Positions 39,201 through 52,150 of a stretch of 64,000 nt of DNA are shown one piece after another (positions within the stretch are counted from its first letter, which is position 1; each line of letters starts with the position of its first letter). Position numbers and translations under genes: made by a program. Under the pieces are notes generated by a model. It made no database searches, had not been told where the DNA came from, and was given only the letters and a program-made list of their open reading frames with translations. Location of the stretch: NCBI RefSeq assembly GCF_036321535.1, contig NC_087436.1, positions 95,234,001-95,298,000 on the forward strand. Reading direction: 5' to 3'. This stretch comes from Camelus dromedarius (lineage: Eukaryota).

Positions 39201-40149
39201 AAAGGGGGGGGGTCTTTTAAATATCCTATTTTTAAAAAAACCTGGGGATTCCCCTTCCCAACCGCTTCACAAATTAACTGTGCAATTATTGATGGAATTT
39301 TTAGGGTTTGCGCCAGGGCACTGGAGCTTGAGGATAAAATTTGACCACGTACATCAGGGGTTAATTTACCTCGCGACTTATTCTTTCCTTCCTTTCTGTC
39401 TTTGGTGGAGTGTGAGTTATCTGGAAGCTGATCTGTTTCTAACATAATTTAAAGAGGCTTCTGTTTCTGCCTTGAGTGACAGTGAAAAACTTCAGCCTTA
39501 AAAGGCACAGCCCTAAATGAATGGCTTAGGATGAGATTAAAACCAGGACTCCAGGGCAGTTTGAATAATGAATTCAGCATTCATTATTCTTAGTCTCTCT
39601 CTCTCTCTCTCTGGCATTTATTAATTAGCAACTGTTTTCCATAAAAATAATCAGTGGGATCATCATCCTTAAAACTGACCAAAATAAATGTAATGTTTAA
39701 TTTTGTGTTTTAATTAAAACTAGATGTTATAATTGGGTTTCATTGTTATGGCTATTTGTTTAATAGATTTCTTCTCAGAAAATAAGCAGGTGACCACGTA
39801 GTTCCCAGAGAGATGATTTAGGTGGAAAGTGATTACATGGGGCTTTCATAGTTTAAAAAACATCTGTAATGATGATTATTGCTGGTTTTGGTTAAAGCTA
39901 TCTTGAATCTGATTGATATGCACGTGGGTATGTGCACACGTTTGCTAAACATCTTGGGAGAAGAGTGGTTGTCAATCTATGGCACAGAACTTCCCAGCTT
40001 CCATGAAGGGGGGCAGCTGATGGCAGTTTCCTTGGGCCGGGGATCTGTGGGACAGGGAAAGACATCGCCAGAATCTAGGCTGACAGGAGCGAAGTCTAAG
40101 AGCCACTTTCTGTGAGTTAGTCACAGAGAGATGGTTACGACAGTTAGGT

Positions 40150-42660
40150 GCTTTTTTAATTAAAAATAATTTATTATGAATATGCATTTATTAACTTTTT
40201 TAATCTTATCAAAGTTCAACGTGCACAAAGTTTACAAGTCAGACGGTTTATAAGGCTTCTATGGAAAACTCAATACGCCTTTTTCCATCCCTGATTTCCT
40301 CTCCACAGAGGTGATGAGTTCTCTTTCTTGAAGCCTTTTCTTCTGGAGTTTGTCTCCTTACTTCTAAAGTACATGCTTATACTGCTGTTTTTCACATCTT
40401 CGTCTGTAAAATGAATTTTAAAACCTCATAAAGTTGATGTGAGCATTAAAAGGAATCAATTCATAGAAAACACTTTGGCAGTGCCTGGCAATGTTGTTGT
40501 TATATTAACTTTTCAGTTTTAGTTATTATTTAATTGTCCTCTTACTACAAAAACATTAGGTTTCAGTCTGTTACAATATCCCCTTTGTACACACACACAC
40601 ACACACACACAGAGTTTCCCCTCCTGACCAATATTTTTTCTATCATAAATGTTTATGATCAATATTTAGTGTTTATATGATTATGACTTTGTAATTATCT
40701 ATAGCTGAGCCACATAGAATGTTATGATCATCATTTCTTTCTTGTTCAGCTATTTGTTTTTACTGGAGTTAATCATTATCTTGTTTTTCTTTCTTGTTTG
40801 TTTGCTTAGTTTTTTATGTATTTCTACCTAAATCATTCCCAAAGCCTCCATCAGGAATGGAAACCTCCTCTGAATATGTTCTAACAACATAAACATTTGG
40901 GAGGGAGGTGTCCTTCTCAGTCCTCTCCCACCTCCTGCTGCCTCAGTCTGTGCGTCTGCTGCACAGCTGTCACCTGGGACTTCCTTTTGCTATAAACTCA
41001 AAATTCCTTTCAGCCCTCCTCTATATTGGATCCCCCTTTTTTTCTTCAAAAAATTTTCTACAAAAATCCTCTTTTTTTACTTTACACTTTAATTTTGAGT
41101 GAGCCCTTCCTCTAGGAGCTTCCAGATCATGAATGTCTAAAAACTTATTTCACCTTTATACCTGGTTGATAGTTGAGCTGGGTATAGAATGTTAAGTTGA
41201 AAACATTTTTCCCTTAGTAATTTGAAGGCATTGCTCTTCTAGCATCTAGGGCAGCTGTTGAGAAGTCTGATATTCTACCTTTTGAATGTGTTTAGAATCT
41301 CCTTTTTTTCCTTGGAATTTCAACCTTTTATGATATGTGCAGGTGTGGGATTTTAAAAACCCTTATGCAGGGAACTGAGTGAGGCCTCTCAATATGACAG
41401 CTCACGTCCTTCAGCTTTGAGGAGGTTTTTTGAATTATTTTCTGAATAATTTCAATCCCTCCATTTTCTCTGTTCTCTATTTCTGGAACTCCTATTTTAT
41501 TTGAATATTATATTTTTGGCCTAGTCTTCAAATTTTCATATTTTTTCCTCTTCTATTTTCCATTTTTGATATTTCTTCTGCTTTCTGAGATATTTTCCAA
41601 ACTTTATCTTCCAAACTTTCTGTTGTATTTTACATATCTGTTGTCATAATTTTAATTTCCAAGAGCTCAATTTTTGGTCTTTCAATGAGGATTTAGGTAA
41701 CCTCCTAATTTCCTCTGTTTTTTTCCTCTAAGGATATTCATTATAGCTTTTTAATGTTTTCTTCTGCTCCTTGCATGATTTCTGTTTCTACTGAACTCTT
41801 TGAAAAACTATTTGTTCCAATCTCAGTTTTCTTATTAAAAAGTTTTCCCAGATGTTTGGTCATTCTTAGTTCCCATCTTCTATTTAAGAGTGATGCACTA
41901 CAAAACTGCTTGGAAGCTGTGTGTGTGTGTGTGTGTGCATGCGCACGTGTATGCGTGCGAGTGTGTGCACACACATGTGCTAGTGAGGGCTACAGGGAGC
42001 TTGCCAATGGGTGAAGTTTCTGCAGGGTGGTCTTACTGGGCTGTTTCATTGGGAGACTCCCATTTGTTAGTCTCCTTGGGTCTATTCTCTTAGTCTAGAG
42101 AAGACTGATTTGACTACCAGCATTCTGAGACTGGAGTGGAGGGAAGGCAATGGCGGCCACAGTTTAGGAAGTAGAACTCCACTTGATCCCCAATTTTCCA
42201 TATGGTTCCCTGCCCTGCTGTCAGAGTCTCTCTGTCCTATTCTTTAGAGTCAGCCTCTGGACTTCTGAGATTGGGGGTAGAGGGTCAACAGATCTTGCAC
42301 AGGTGGGAGGGTGTCTCTGTTTCTTGTATAGCCTGGTAACCAGTCTTCTGCTCTCAGCCTCACTGTTAACCCCAAAGCCACAAACTCCTAATTCTTTCCA
42401 AGGTTCTGTGACTCAGATCAGCCTGCTTCCAGGCTGTCCCGATGTAAGCACTGGTTCCTGCTTCCTTTGATCAGCTATGTCCATAATCACTTGTCCATAT
42501 GCTTTCAGCTTCCAAAATACTTCTTTTCTTTTCTTTCTTTTCCCTTGGTCCTTGTGAGTTTATAGCTTTTTTTCAGCCCATTCACTGCCATTTTGGTGGG
42601 ACTGGTGGAGGCAGGGGTAAAACTGTAAGTGATGTACTTAACAGGATGTTTGAGTGGTAG
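40150..42660 (-). mobile_element. Degraded old L1 fragments (antisense) with embedded MIR and microsatellites
   Basis: T-rich antisense L1-like motifs (gctgggtatagaat, ctgttgagaagtctgat, tttccaagagctc). Confidence 0.55.
41918..41980. repeat. Alternating purine-pyrimidine (TG/CG/CA) tract
   Basis: Seen directly; potential Z-DNA former. Confidence 0.85.
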
Positions 42661-42809
42661 AATTCAAACAAGGTAATAGTAAAATATAATCTGACCTGCA
42701 TTAACTCCTGTTGGACTCAGTCTTGAGTTTCATATTTTCCTTAGGGTACTAAATTTGGTTGTTATTGTAGGACTTTTATATCTCCTTAGGTCTTATTTCT
42801 ATTAAATGT

Positions 42810-43580
42810 TTATATTAGAAAAAAAGAAAAGCTAAAAATCTATAAACAGTCCCAAGGAATTAGGAAAAGAACAGCAAATTATACCCAAAGAAAACATAGG
42901 TAAGGAAATTGCAAAGATAAAATCAAAATGAACTAGAAAACAATGTACAAAAGAGAAATTCAGCGAAGTCCAGAGTGAAACTCTGGTGAGGACTAACCAT
43001 GAACAAAATAGAGAAGGACTAATATTAGAGATGAAAACGGAGGCCCCTCCTTAGATACTAAATAGATCCAAGATGATGTTATAAACAACAATACAATTAA
43101 AAATTATAGATGAATTGGGTGAATTCTTAGAAAAATAACCTTCCCAAAGGAACATGAGGAATCTGAATAGTCCTATAAATACTTTTTAAAACTGAATCTT
43201 TAGTTTAAGTCTTCCCACAAAGAAAAGTTCAGACTGAAATGGCTTCACCAGAAAATCTAACCAAGACTTTGAGTAAGAAATAAGACCAATTTTACACCAA
43301 CTATTCTGGAGAACAGAAAAAGATGGAACAATTCCCAAGTTGTTTCAGTGGCCAGCATATCCTTGGTATCCAAATCTGACAAGGACGTTAAAAGTAAAGA
43401 AAATTATAGGCCAATCCCACACATAGATGAAAATATCCAAAATAAAATATTAGTAAGCGGAATCCAGTCATGTATGTAGATATGAAAAATATAAAAACAT
43501 TGTGACTAAGTTTATTTATTAAAAGGGTGTATTCTGGAAATTCAAAGTTGATTTCTCTTTCAAAAATCAATAATTCAACA
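42810..43580 (+). mobile_element. Old L1 ORF2 fragment
   Basis: aatctgaatagtcctata, aaatggcttcacca, gaaaattataggccaatc, gaatccag motifs of the L1 ORF2 region. Confidence 0.75.
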
Positions 43581-46500
43581 CCTCAGCAGAAGAAAGGCAA
43601 CAGCTGGGTCAAAATGACGATTTTAGAGTCTCTGCTGTCAAGCAGAATTTTGAATAACTTGGTAGTTTTCTCTGTAAGATACTGATCAAACCAGAAGTGA
43701 AGAGATTCTGTCCGAAATCTAGTCAAGGCCCCGTGCATTGGGCTTGGGGAGAACTGGGGAAGCTGGAAAGTTCTGAGACTGGACCCAGACCTGGACGATG
43801 AGGAAGCCAAGGGCAGGGATAGAGGCCATGGCAGCTGGGAAATGACTCTCAATAGGGAACAAATTCCCCTCCCTTCCAATAAATGCAAAGGCTTCCTGAA
43901 GAGAGTGTGTGTTCTGGTTTTCAAAATATGTCAGTACTTTCCAAGAAGTAGCCAATGCTTAATAACAAGCACCTCATCCAACTTCCTTTTAATGATACCT
44001 GAGCTGGGGCTGGCCCAGTTCCATTTGCCCCAGAGTTCAAGGTGATGGTCATCTCTGACACACTGACCCAAAGAGGTGAAGGCAGTAGGGGCTTGGAGCA
44101 AAGTACAAGAGGTGAACTTCAATCCTCCCCTCAATCACGCCAGTCATTTCTGAGAGATAGCAACATTTGGGTATGGCCCTATTTGAAGTTAACTTTATGT
44201 TGTTATTTCTAAAAATCTCGGGTTATCTTCTGTTTTACCTACTCATTGTTCCAAAAATTATAGCCATGATGTTTTGGGGGCTTTGTTTTCGTTTTGGTTT
44301 TGAACCATCATGGTCTTATTCTAGCCCAGTGGTTAAGAGCACTGCTCCTGGACACAGACAGTTCTGGGTTCAAACCAGTGATGAAACTAACCTGAGTCAC
44401 TTTGATCAGATACAACACTGGGTTTCTTCTGTAGTCACAGCAGGTTTGAAGCGAGGATAAGTGACTCTCTTCCTCACAACCTCACTACCAGGTTATAATT
44501 CCACCACAAAGGTAAATATTTATTAAGCAAACATTTGTTAACAAACAAGCCCAGAACCGTGTCTGTAAACTGTTCTTCAGCCTGAATGAAGCCCCAGCTT
44601 TCTGTCCCTTTAGGTGCTTTTTTCACCACCTTCCATGACCAGGTCATTCAAAGCAGACTCACCAAGCACCCAGACACAGGGTTCTCTTCCCTTTAGAGCT
44701 GGCACTGGATGGAGAGTGAGCCGGGATCCTCTGAATCCACTGCTGTGCATGGAACCAGTTAAGGGTTTAGCCTAGAGCTTTATCCTTAAAGGTGAAAGTG
44801 ACAAGAGTCAAGGGTCTAGGTTATTTCATTTGTGCAATTGTAGGGTATAATCTCTGAAATATTTTAGCCAAGCCACATGCTTTAAATACCTTCCATTACT
44901 CCCATCAGAGTCCATTTCTAAAATCCATCAGGCTAGTGAATGCTTGTTCACTATGATCACAAATGAAAGCCATTTCTGACACTTGCGACACTTGCAACAC
45001 ATTAGATGTTGATCAAGATACAAATAGCTGAAGCCAGTATAGTAACCCATAGCACAGGCTTCCTGATGCGAATTGTGCTGACCACCCCCCACCCCCAGAC
45101 TGTCCGTTAGTCACTAGACTAGGCCACCTGAGTCGCTGCTTAACCAAAGCAGTACAATGTATATATGGAAATATTTAAAACTGAAGTGTAGACATTGAAA
45201 CAATCATCTCTGTCACATCCTAATTAATACCCTGGACACATTATTCAACATTTCTATGCGTTAGTTTTCTCCGTTGTCTGTACACATGGATTGTTGGGTC
45301 AATAAAATGAGATAACGTCTGTAAAGTACTTAGGATCGTGCCTGACGTATGGAGACAATTAATACGTGGAAGCTGCTGTTACAGGCTTCATAGCGCCAGC
45401 CACGGTACAGCTTCCACTAGCCTCACAGAGGCTCTCCTCTCTGTCCAAGTTGTGGTAGAAATGGAGAGTGAGACTGAGGTCCACCTGGATGTGCTGGATG
45501 CTGTTGCCTACCAGGGACTGGGTTGCTGTGTTGAATGGCAGGCCCTCCTCTTACAAACCAGGAGACCGATTTTCCTCAGTATTTCCAGAGGTGACTTATA
45601 ATAATCAAACTCATTAGAGACTGATGTATAAATCAACTTTCAATTGTAAATCATAACGAGAGATACAGCCACCAAGTACATTGGGATATTGAGTTCTTGG
45701 GAGTAGATGATGCTATCTTTAGTGTGGGTTCATGTTATGCAATGGGTGTATTCCTGAAGATTTTGCATTATTTGAAACTCATGTAATTCAAAGCAATATT
45801 TCCCACGTTAATAACTTTAAGATATGGAGGGATATGTTCCCAGAGCATAAAAATTGACACCCATTGGCCTGTTTTGATGACATCTAAAGTCTGGAATAAA
45901 TGCCTTGCTTTTGGTGTTTTCTGCATCACCACATTATGAATGCTCTGATGACTTGGTCATAGAATATTAAAAACGTATTTAAATTATAATAACTGCACAA
46001 TTGTCACCAAAATAAGTTGATAAACTTCTGAGCCATGTGACCAGCAGCATAGTTCACAAGATACTGACAAAAGGAAGAGAGGATTTCTGTTTTAGAACCA
46101 AACTGGCATGGTTTGCAATTCACTTGTTTGAACAGCTTTGAAGTTGAGCAATTCTTGATTTCTTTTTTAATTTGGGGGATTTGTGTGAATTCTCATTTTG
46201 AGCATAAAATGAGGCCTTATGTTTTGTATCACAATTTCAAAAACATGTAACTCAAATTCACATAAAATGTAGCTGCGCTACTGACAAATGATTGCTTTGG
46301 GGGTCGTTCTCTTTTCAACAAGGGTATAGTACAAATACGTCGGCTTTGAAAGCCACTAGACAGATCTGGGTCTAATTTAGTTTTTGTCACTTATTAGCTG
46401 TGTGAGACTTAGTTTCTTTATCCATAAAATGGGAATTATAAATGTCTCTCATATAGGGTGATTCTGAAATGAATAGTAATATTTACCACTTATTAGTGGG

Positions 46501-47084
46501 CTTACTATAGGCTAATCAATATATCTATATATTATTGCATTCATCTTACAGAAATTCCACAAAATAGAAATTATTTCATGGAGAAAAAAGCGCTCACGGA
46601 GGTTAAGGAACATGACCAAGTCCTAACACCTAATAGGCAACAGAACTGGGATTCAAACTCAGGTCTGAACTGACCTCACATCAAGAGACACTACACTTTA
46701 TTCCTAGAACTAAATGGGATAATATCTTTAAATGACTCAGGACTGTATCTGACACAAGTAAATGATCAATAAATGGCAGTTACTGCTTATCATTATTATG
46801 GCAACCTCCTCCGTGTCCAAATCACCCACACACAGATACAGACACACACACACAGACACACACACGAGTGTATGAAATAACAAAGAATCTGTATTCTGCG
46901 TCACTTTAACCTTCTTCCTTATTCATTTCCCCCCTCATGTGTGTAAATCTATAATGTGAAAGGAGAAGTGGAGCTCCTCAAGGCCTTTCCAGAGAACTTA
47001 CAGCGACAAAGAAAGACACTTACTGCTTTTCTTCCTAGAAGAGAGAACTCTGGCAAAGTTACCAAGTTATGTGTCAATACTCTA

Positions 47085-47559
47085 TGTGCGTTAGTTTCCA
47101 AGGGCTGACGCCACAAAGCCACACTCTGGGTGACTTCACAGCAGATGTTTATTGTTTGTAGTCCTGGACACCTAGACTTCGGCGATCACGGTGTCTGCAA
47201 GCTTCCTTCTACTGGCTGTGAGAGAGGTCTGTTCCATGCCTCTCTCCCAGCTTCTAGGGGTTTGCTGTCCATCTTTGGCATTCCTCGGTTGCAGAAGCAT
47301 CACCCTGATTTCTGCCTTCTTCACACGGTGTCTTCCCTATGTCTCTGTCTCTTCACGTTGTCTTTCCTCTGTGTGTGTCCACATTTCCCCTTTTTATAAG
47401 GACACCAGTCTTACTGGATTAGGGTCTAATCTAATGACCTCATTTTAACTTGATTTCCTCTGTTAAAGACTCTGTTTACAAATAAGGTCACATCCCGAAG
47501 TACCGGGGGTTAGGACTTCAGTGTATCTTTATGAGGGGACACAATGGAGCCCATAACAG
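47085..47559 (-). mobile_element. MLT1 solo LTR
   Basis: ttagtttccaagggctg...ttttataaggacaccagtc...aataaggtcaca...gcccataaca. Confidence 0.85.
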
Positions 47560-47679
47560 TGTGAGTGTGTGTGTAAGAATACACATGAACGGGGCTAGCA
47601 ATAGGCAAAAAAGGATTTGTTGTTGAGTTTGTCTACCTTCTGGAATGTCTTCTGGCACGTTGGAAGTGTGGAGTCATGC

Positions 47680-48730
47680 CTCTGAGTTGCAAGTGACAGA
47701 CTTAACCTGAACTAGATTAAGCAAAGGGGGTAAGTATTGGGTTACACAATCAAACTACAGAAATGGCAGGGCAGGAACAGCCTTCAGGATCCAGGGACTC
47801 TGGAGCAGTCAATCTCTTTCTCTGTCTCTGCCCTTTTCCGAGGGCTGCCTTCACACCCCCAGCTGTCTCCATGAGGCTGCAGACATGATACCAGACAACC
47901 CACACTTCCCTTCTTATCGTCTTGTAAGTAGAGGATTTAGAAACTAGTTGGCTAGGGAATGAGGCCAAAAGGCTCTCCTTGGATCACATGACCTTCCCTA
48001 AACCAGTCCCTGATTCTAAGGGGATGAGGAAATGTGCTTGGGTCCAATTGGGGCATGTGCCCCACTCTAGCCATGGGTCTAGGGGTGCTAGTACTGGCGG
48101 GGTTGAAGTTGGAGGGAAGTATGTCTCCAAACAAATGGATAAAACAATCAAAGCTCATTATACAAGGGCTTTGGGCACATTTGCAGCTTGAGGTGCAGCT
48201 AAAATTTATATTCCTGCAAGTTGGCCTGGGGGCTCACGTCCCTGGCCAAGTCTGACTGGTGCTTTTGCTCTGTCCTGGAATCTCATGTTCCTAGTTGTTG
48301 GCGGTGGGTTGTGGCAGGGACTGCCTGGCTCTACCAGATGCATTTGCTTTTCTTCCTGGGCACGGAGCTGTTCTACACGTCCAGCCTTTCACCGTTGCTA
48401 AGTACCGATGAAGTAACTGTTCTAGCTGAAGGACTGTGACTGCAAGGGATGTAGCCACTTCCAAGTTGGACCCATGCAGCCTGCTCCCCTCCATGCTCTT
48501 TCCCCTCCTGCCAGCTTGAGGCAGATGGGCACGGGAGCCTGAAATCACATACTGAAGTACGTGGGGTCATAAGATGGAAGATTTCTGAATCTCTACTTGG
48601 AAGACAGCCATCTGCTTAGCAGCCTTTTATGTGATTTTGGACTTTACGTGAGGAAGAACAAACTTCTGTTGTTGGAATGATTACAAATTTCAGAGTTGCA
48701 TATAGCAGCGACAGTTGCCCTAACCAATGG
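47680..48730. mobile_element. Two older MLT1 LTR fragments in opposite orientations
   Basis: gttgcaagtgacaga...attaagcaaagg (~47685) and acatggagcct-like/gaacaaacttct...tagcagc (~48330-48730). Confidence 0.5.
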
Positions 48731-48919
48731 GTAGATTTCCTTCCCTTCCTCTGCTGTTGCCTTCACCATCCCTGTTTTCCCAAATAGCGGCGGGGGATCC
48801 TGGAACCAACAGAGCTGGGTGGATCCTGATTCTGCTACTTTCCAGAGGTGTGACTTCATGGAGGTCACCCACTTTCTCTGAGGTGCAGTTTTCTAATCTG
48901 TAGGATAATCATGCCAACT

Positions 48920-51495
48920 TGTTGGGCTGCACCCCGCAAGCCTGTAATCACCCAGCTTTACGATGTCAATGATTTATCGAATCTTACAAGTCCAAGGCAG
49001 AAGTCCTAGAGCGACCCCCCACAGTGTGCAGCAGACAGCAGGCAGGATGCGGCCGCAGTCTTGGTACTGGGGGAGGTGGAGACCGCCATTTATAGGGTGA
49101 ACTGATGTCAGGCTGGCTTCTCAGTTCCCAGGGAAACCAGCACCTGGGGCAGGGGGCAGGTGTGCTGGGAGTTACTGATTAAGCCCTGTGGTTAAGAAGA
49201 TTGGATAGTCACGTGAGTAGGGTGTGCGTGAAGCAGGGACTGGTCGAGCAGGGGACGTACAGCGAGAACAGCCATCTTGACCACACACTCCACCCCAGCA
49301 GACCCAGCACGACCCTTAGAACCCTGGTCGGCCCCTCTTCCATGATCACTGGGGTCAGGTACTTAGAGGCTCGTTGTGACCAAACACCACGAACGCAAGA
49401 CAGACAACAGCACCTGAGGAGTATCAAGAGTAAGACACCTAGGACACTAAAAACAGGGATTTGCCAAGAGATAGGCAAATTTTGAGCCAGGCGCTTGGCA
49501 CGCAGGACAGGAGGAAGGTGAGAGTCTTCAGTGGTCCCCACAGGGTGGCATTAGTTTCCACGGCATCTCACTGCAGACCCAGCAGACTCATTTCGCAGTG
49601 AGGTCACTGTTGTCGCCCAGTCTGCTAACAGATTCCCTCCCCTCAGGCTAGGGACGAAATGTGAGATCTTTAACAGGCACAACACAGGAGAGATCATGAC
49701 CATTTTGAAAAATACAAGCAGTAATAGCATTCTGAGATAATACCACCCCTGCCTGTGGTTTCTGTCCTGGCCTGCAGCTCCATACCACCTGTCCACCCTC
49801 AGTCCCCACGGCCGGAGGGGATACTGAAGAGGCAGTGCAACAGACCACAGGGTTGACCTAATCGCGCCTTTCTCCACTAGGGGGCCCGGATGAAGGACCT
49901 TAGTAATCTTAGGTGGGGCCGGGTAGAAGACAGGTGAAATCTGCAAATCCCTTTCTAATCCGATTCCCCAAGGGGCAGCAAACTCAAACCACTGTGGACT
50001 TACCTGCCGGTCCAGGGCTGTTTTATAATGTGTTCACTGAGGGTTCCATCCGGTGGCAAGGGCAGATGTGAGTTAGTGTCCTCTGTGCTGACCTACAGTT
50101 GGCACCGGTCCTTGAACCCAGCTTGTATTGACTAGTTGCCCCTGGGTTAACATGGTGTGGGCACTGTGACAATCGCTCCTGGGATGTTCAGTTATAGTTT
50201 GTGGGGCTTGAGTTAGCCTCCTGGTCCCCATTTTGGAAAGCAGTTTTTCAGTCTCAACTGATGTCTAAGTAGTCCATTCATCCTCTCCATTAGCCCAGCA
50301 GCAGGTGGAAATGCCAGCATATGTCATTTTTATTGGCATTCTTGAACTTCATGGCTAGTAAAAGTGAGTCCCTTGGTCACTGTCAATGTCTCGGAGGTCC
50401 CGTATGTCTCACACAGCTGTCCTAGACCCATGATAGTGCTTTTCTGCATTGCTCAATGACTTGGGTAGACCTTTTGCAATGTCTTCCACCTGCTATAATG
50501 CACTGTGGACTGCACACAGCTGTTCCATCACACTGCATCACTGCTCTGTCCCATAGCAGGGACCGGAAGCCCAAGGGTACTTTTTAATTATTTTGCCATT
50601 GTTACAGACCCCAACCAAACCCTTCTGGGTAACTGGCCGTGTCCAGTTCACAAACCTGTCTCTGTCCCAAAGCCTGTGCTTGTAATTGTTTAGGGGTGGC
50701 AGGTCAGGGGTATGTTGTATTTTGTCAATAACTGCTGAGGGTACCGTTTTTGTCTTACCTGACCAGATAACACCCAAGTATTTGATGGGTAATTCAGGTC
50801 CTTGCATTTTGTTTGTATTTATCAGCCATCCCCATGCACTCAGATGCGCTATGAGCAACAGGGCTGCTACTTCTAAACTGGAAAGAGACTGTGAGGTTAA
50901 CAGAATATCATCAATATAATGGAAGAGAAAGACATCTGTCATAGTGGTTGGCTGCCTCTGTTCTCAAGGAGGGAGCTGCTCTTCACCTATACCCTATGGG
51001 ACAGGGATGTCTATGACCTTGTCCCACTCTTCTTCCTCTTTTTAATCAGTGCTCTGGGTAGGTTCCCATACCCTGGGGTCTCAGTTTGAATGGGCCATGA
51101 CCATCTAGACTCTCCTGCTGGCCCCCATTCATCAAGGACAGACACCATAGTACCTATGTGCTAGTAGATAGCCATCCAAATATTTCCCCTGTAACTCTTG
51201 GCATTACTGTCCCTTCCCCCCAGTTTTTCATTCTCCATCCTTATTTCCCCACAACTCCCTGCTGGCAGGAGCTTCCTTAGTCTCCTGGCTGGCTCACCGT
51301 ATCAGGGGGGAATTAATGTCAAGCTGGCTCATCAGTTACCAGGGAAACCAGCAGCTGGGGCAGGGGTAGGCAGTTACTGATTAAGCCCTATGGTTAAGAG
51401 AATTAGATAGTCATGTGAGTAGGGTGTGGGTGGAGGTGGAGCAGGGACTGCTCAAGCAGGGGATGTACAGAGAGCAAGGGTGGCCTGACCACACA
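48920..51495 (-). mobile_element. Deleted class III endogenous retrovirus (ERVL/HERV-S-like) with two LTRs and RT, IN and env remnants
   Basis: 3' LTR 48920-49287 (TG...CA), PPT 49288-49296, partial 5' LTR ~51300-51495, 5-bp TSD caact/ctact. RT HYIDDILL (50907-50918) with GWLINTNKMQGP; integrase SDQGTHF and GLMERMNGLL (~50265-50385); env CWVC (49573-49584) and TM segment. Confidence 0.9.
50538..50942 (-). pseudogene. pol: ERV pol (reverse transcriptase) fragment
   Basis: FHYIDDILL...WGWLINTNKMQGP..IKYLGVIW is a class III RT signature; truncated and frameshifted. Confidence 0.9.
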
Positions 51496-51884
51496 CTACT
51501 TCACAAGGCTGACATGAGGTTTGAATTATAGAGGGTATATGAAAATACTCTAATTGTGTTGTAGATTCTAGATGTTGATAGTATTGTGTTTTATTTAAAC
51601 TGCTGCAGGGTGACTTCACCCAAAATGACTTCCCACATGGCTCTGGCTGTGTTGGAGAATATATTGTCAGCTAGGAGATTCCTCAGTCTCAGAAAAAAGC
51701 CTTCCCTACTCAGAACACTAAATTGTGTCCTTAGGCTGTGCTAAGATGCTGTGGCCACTGACCCTTCTTTCTCCTGGGAGGCAAACCCCAGCAGACATTA
51801 AATCCCAGGCTCTGGCTCCGCCTCTCTGGACCTCTCCTGTAGGAAGAACTCTCAGTCCTGGGCTCACAGGCCTCAGCGTCTCTT

Positions 51885-52150
51885 ACTCATTTACTCATTC
51901 ATTCATTCGTTTGTCCACTCATGCACACGTCCATCTGTCTGCTGATCCATTCATCCAAACAACAAATATTTATTGCATGCCAACTGTGTGCTGGAGATAC
52001 AGAAGTGAGAAGAAAATGCGTGTCCTCATGCCCACGAGAGTGATGAGTGCTACAGCCAGGACCAGGTGCTGTGGGGCTCAGAGAAGGCACTCGGTCCAGG
52101 CGCTGAGGTCAGGAAAGGCGTCCCACAAGTAGTGATGTCAAGCACAAGCT
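51885..52150 (-). mobile_element. LINE-2 3' fragment
   Basis: tcattcattcatt...aacaaatatttattg...tgtgctggagatacag. Confidence 0.65.

Noticed and set aside
45725..46285. Possible Tigger-like DNA transposon
   Set aside because: Terminal inverted repeats could not be established by eye.
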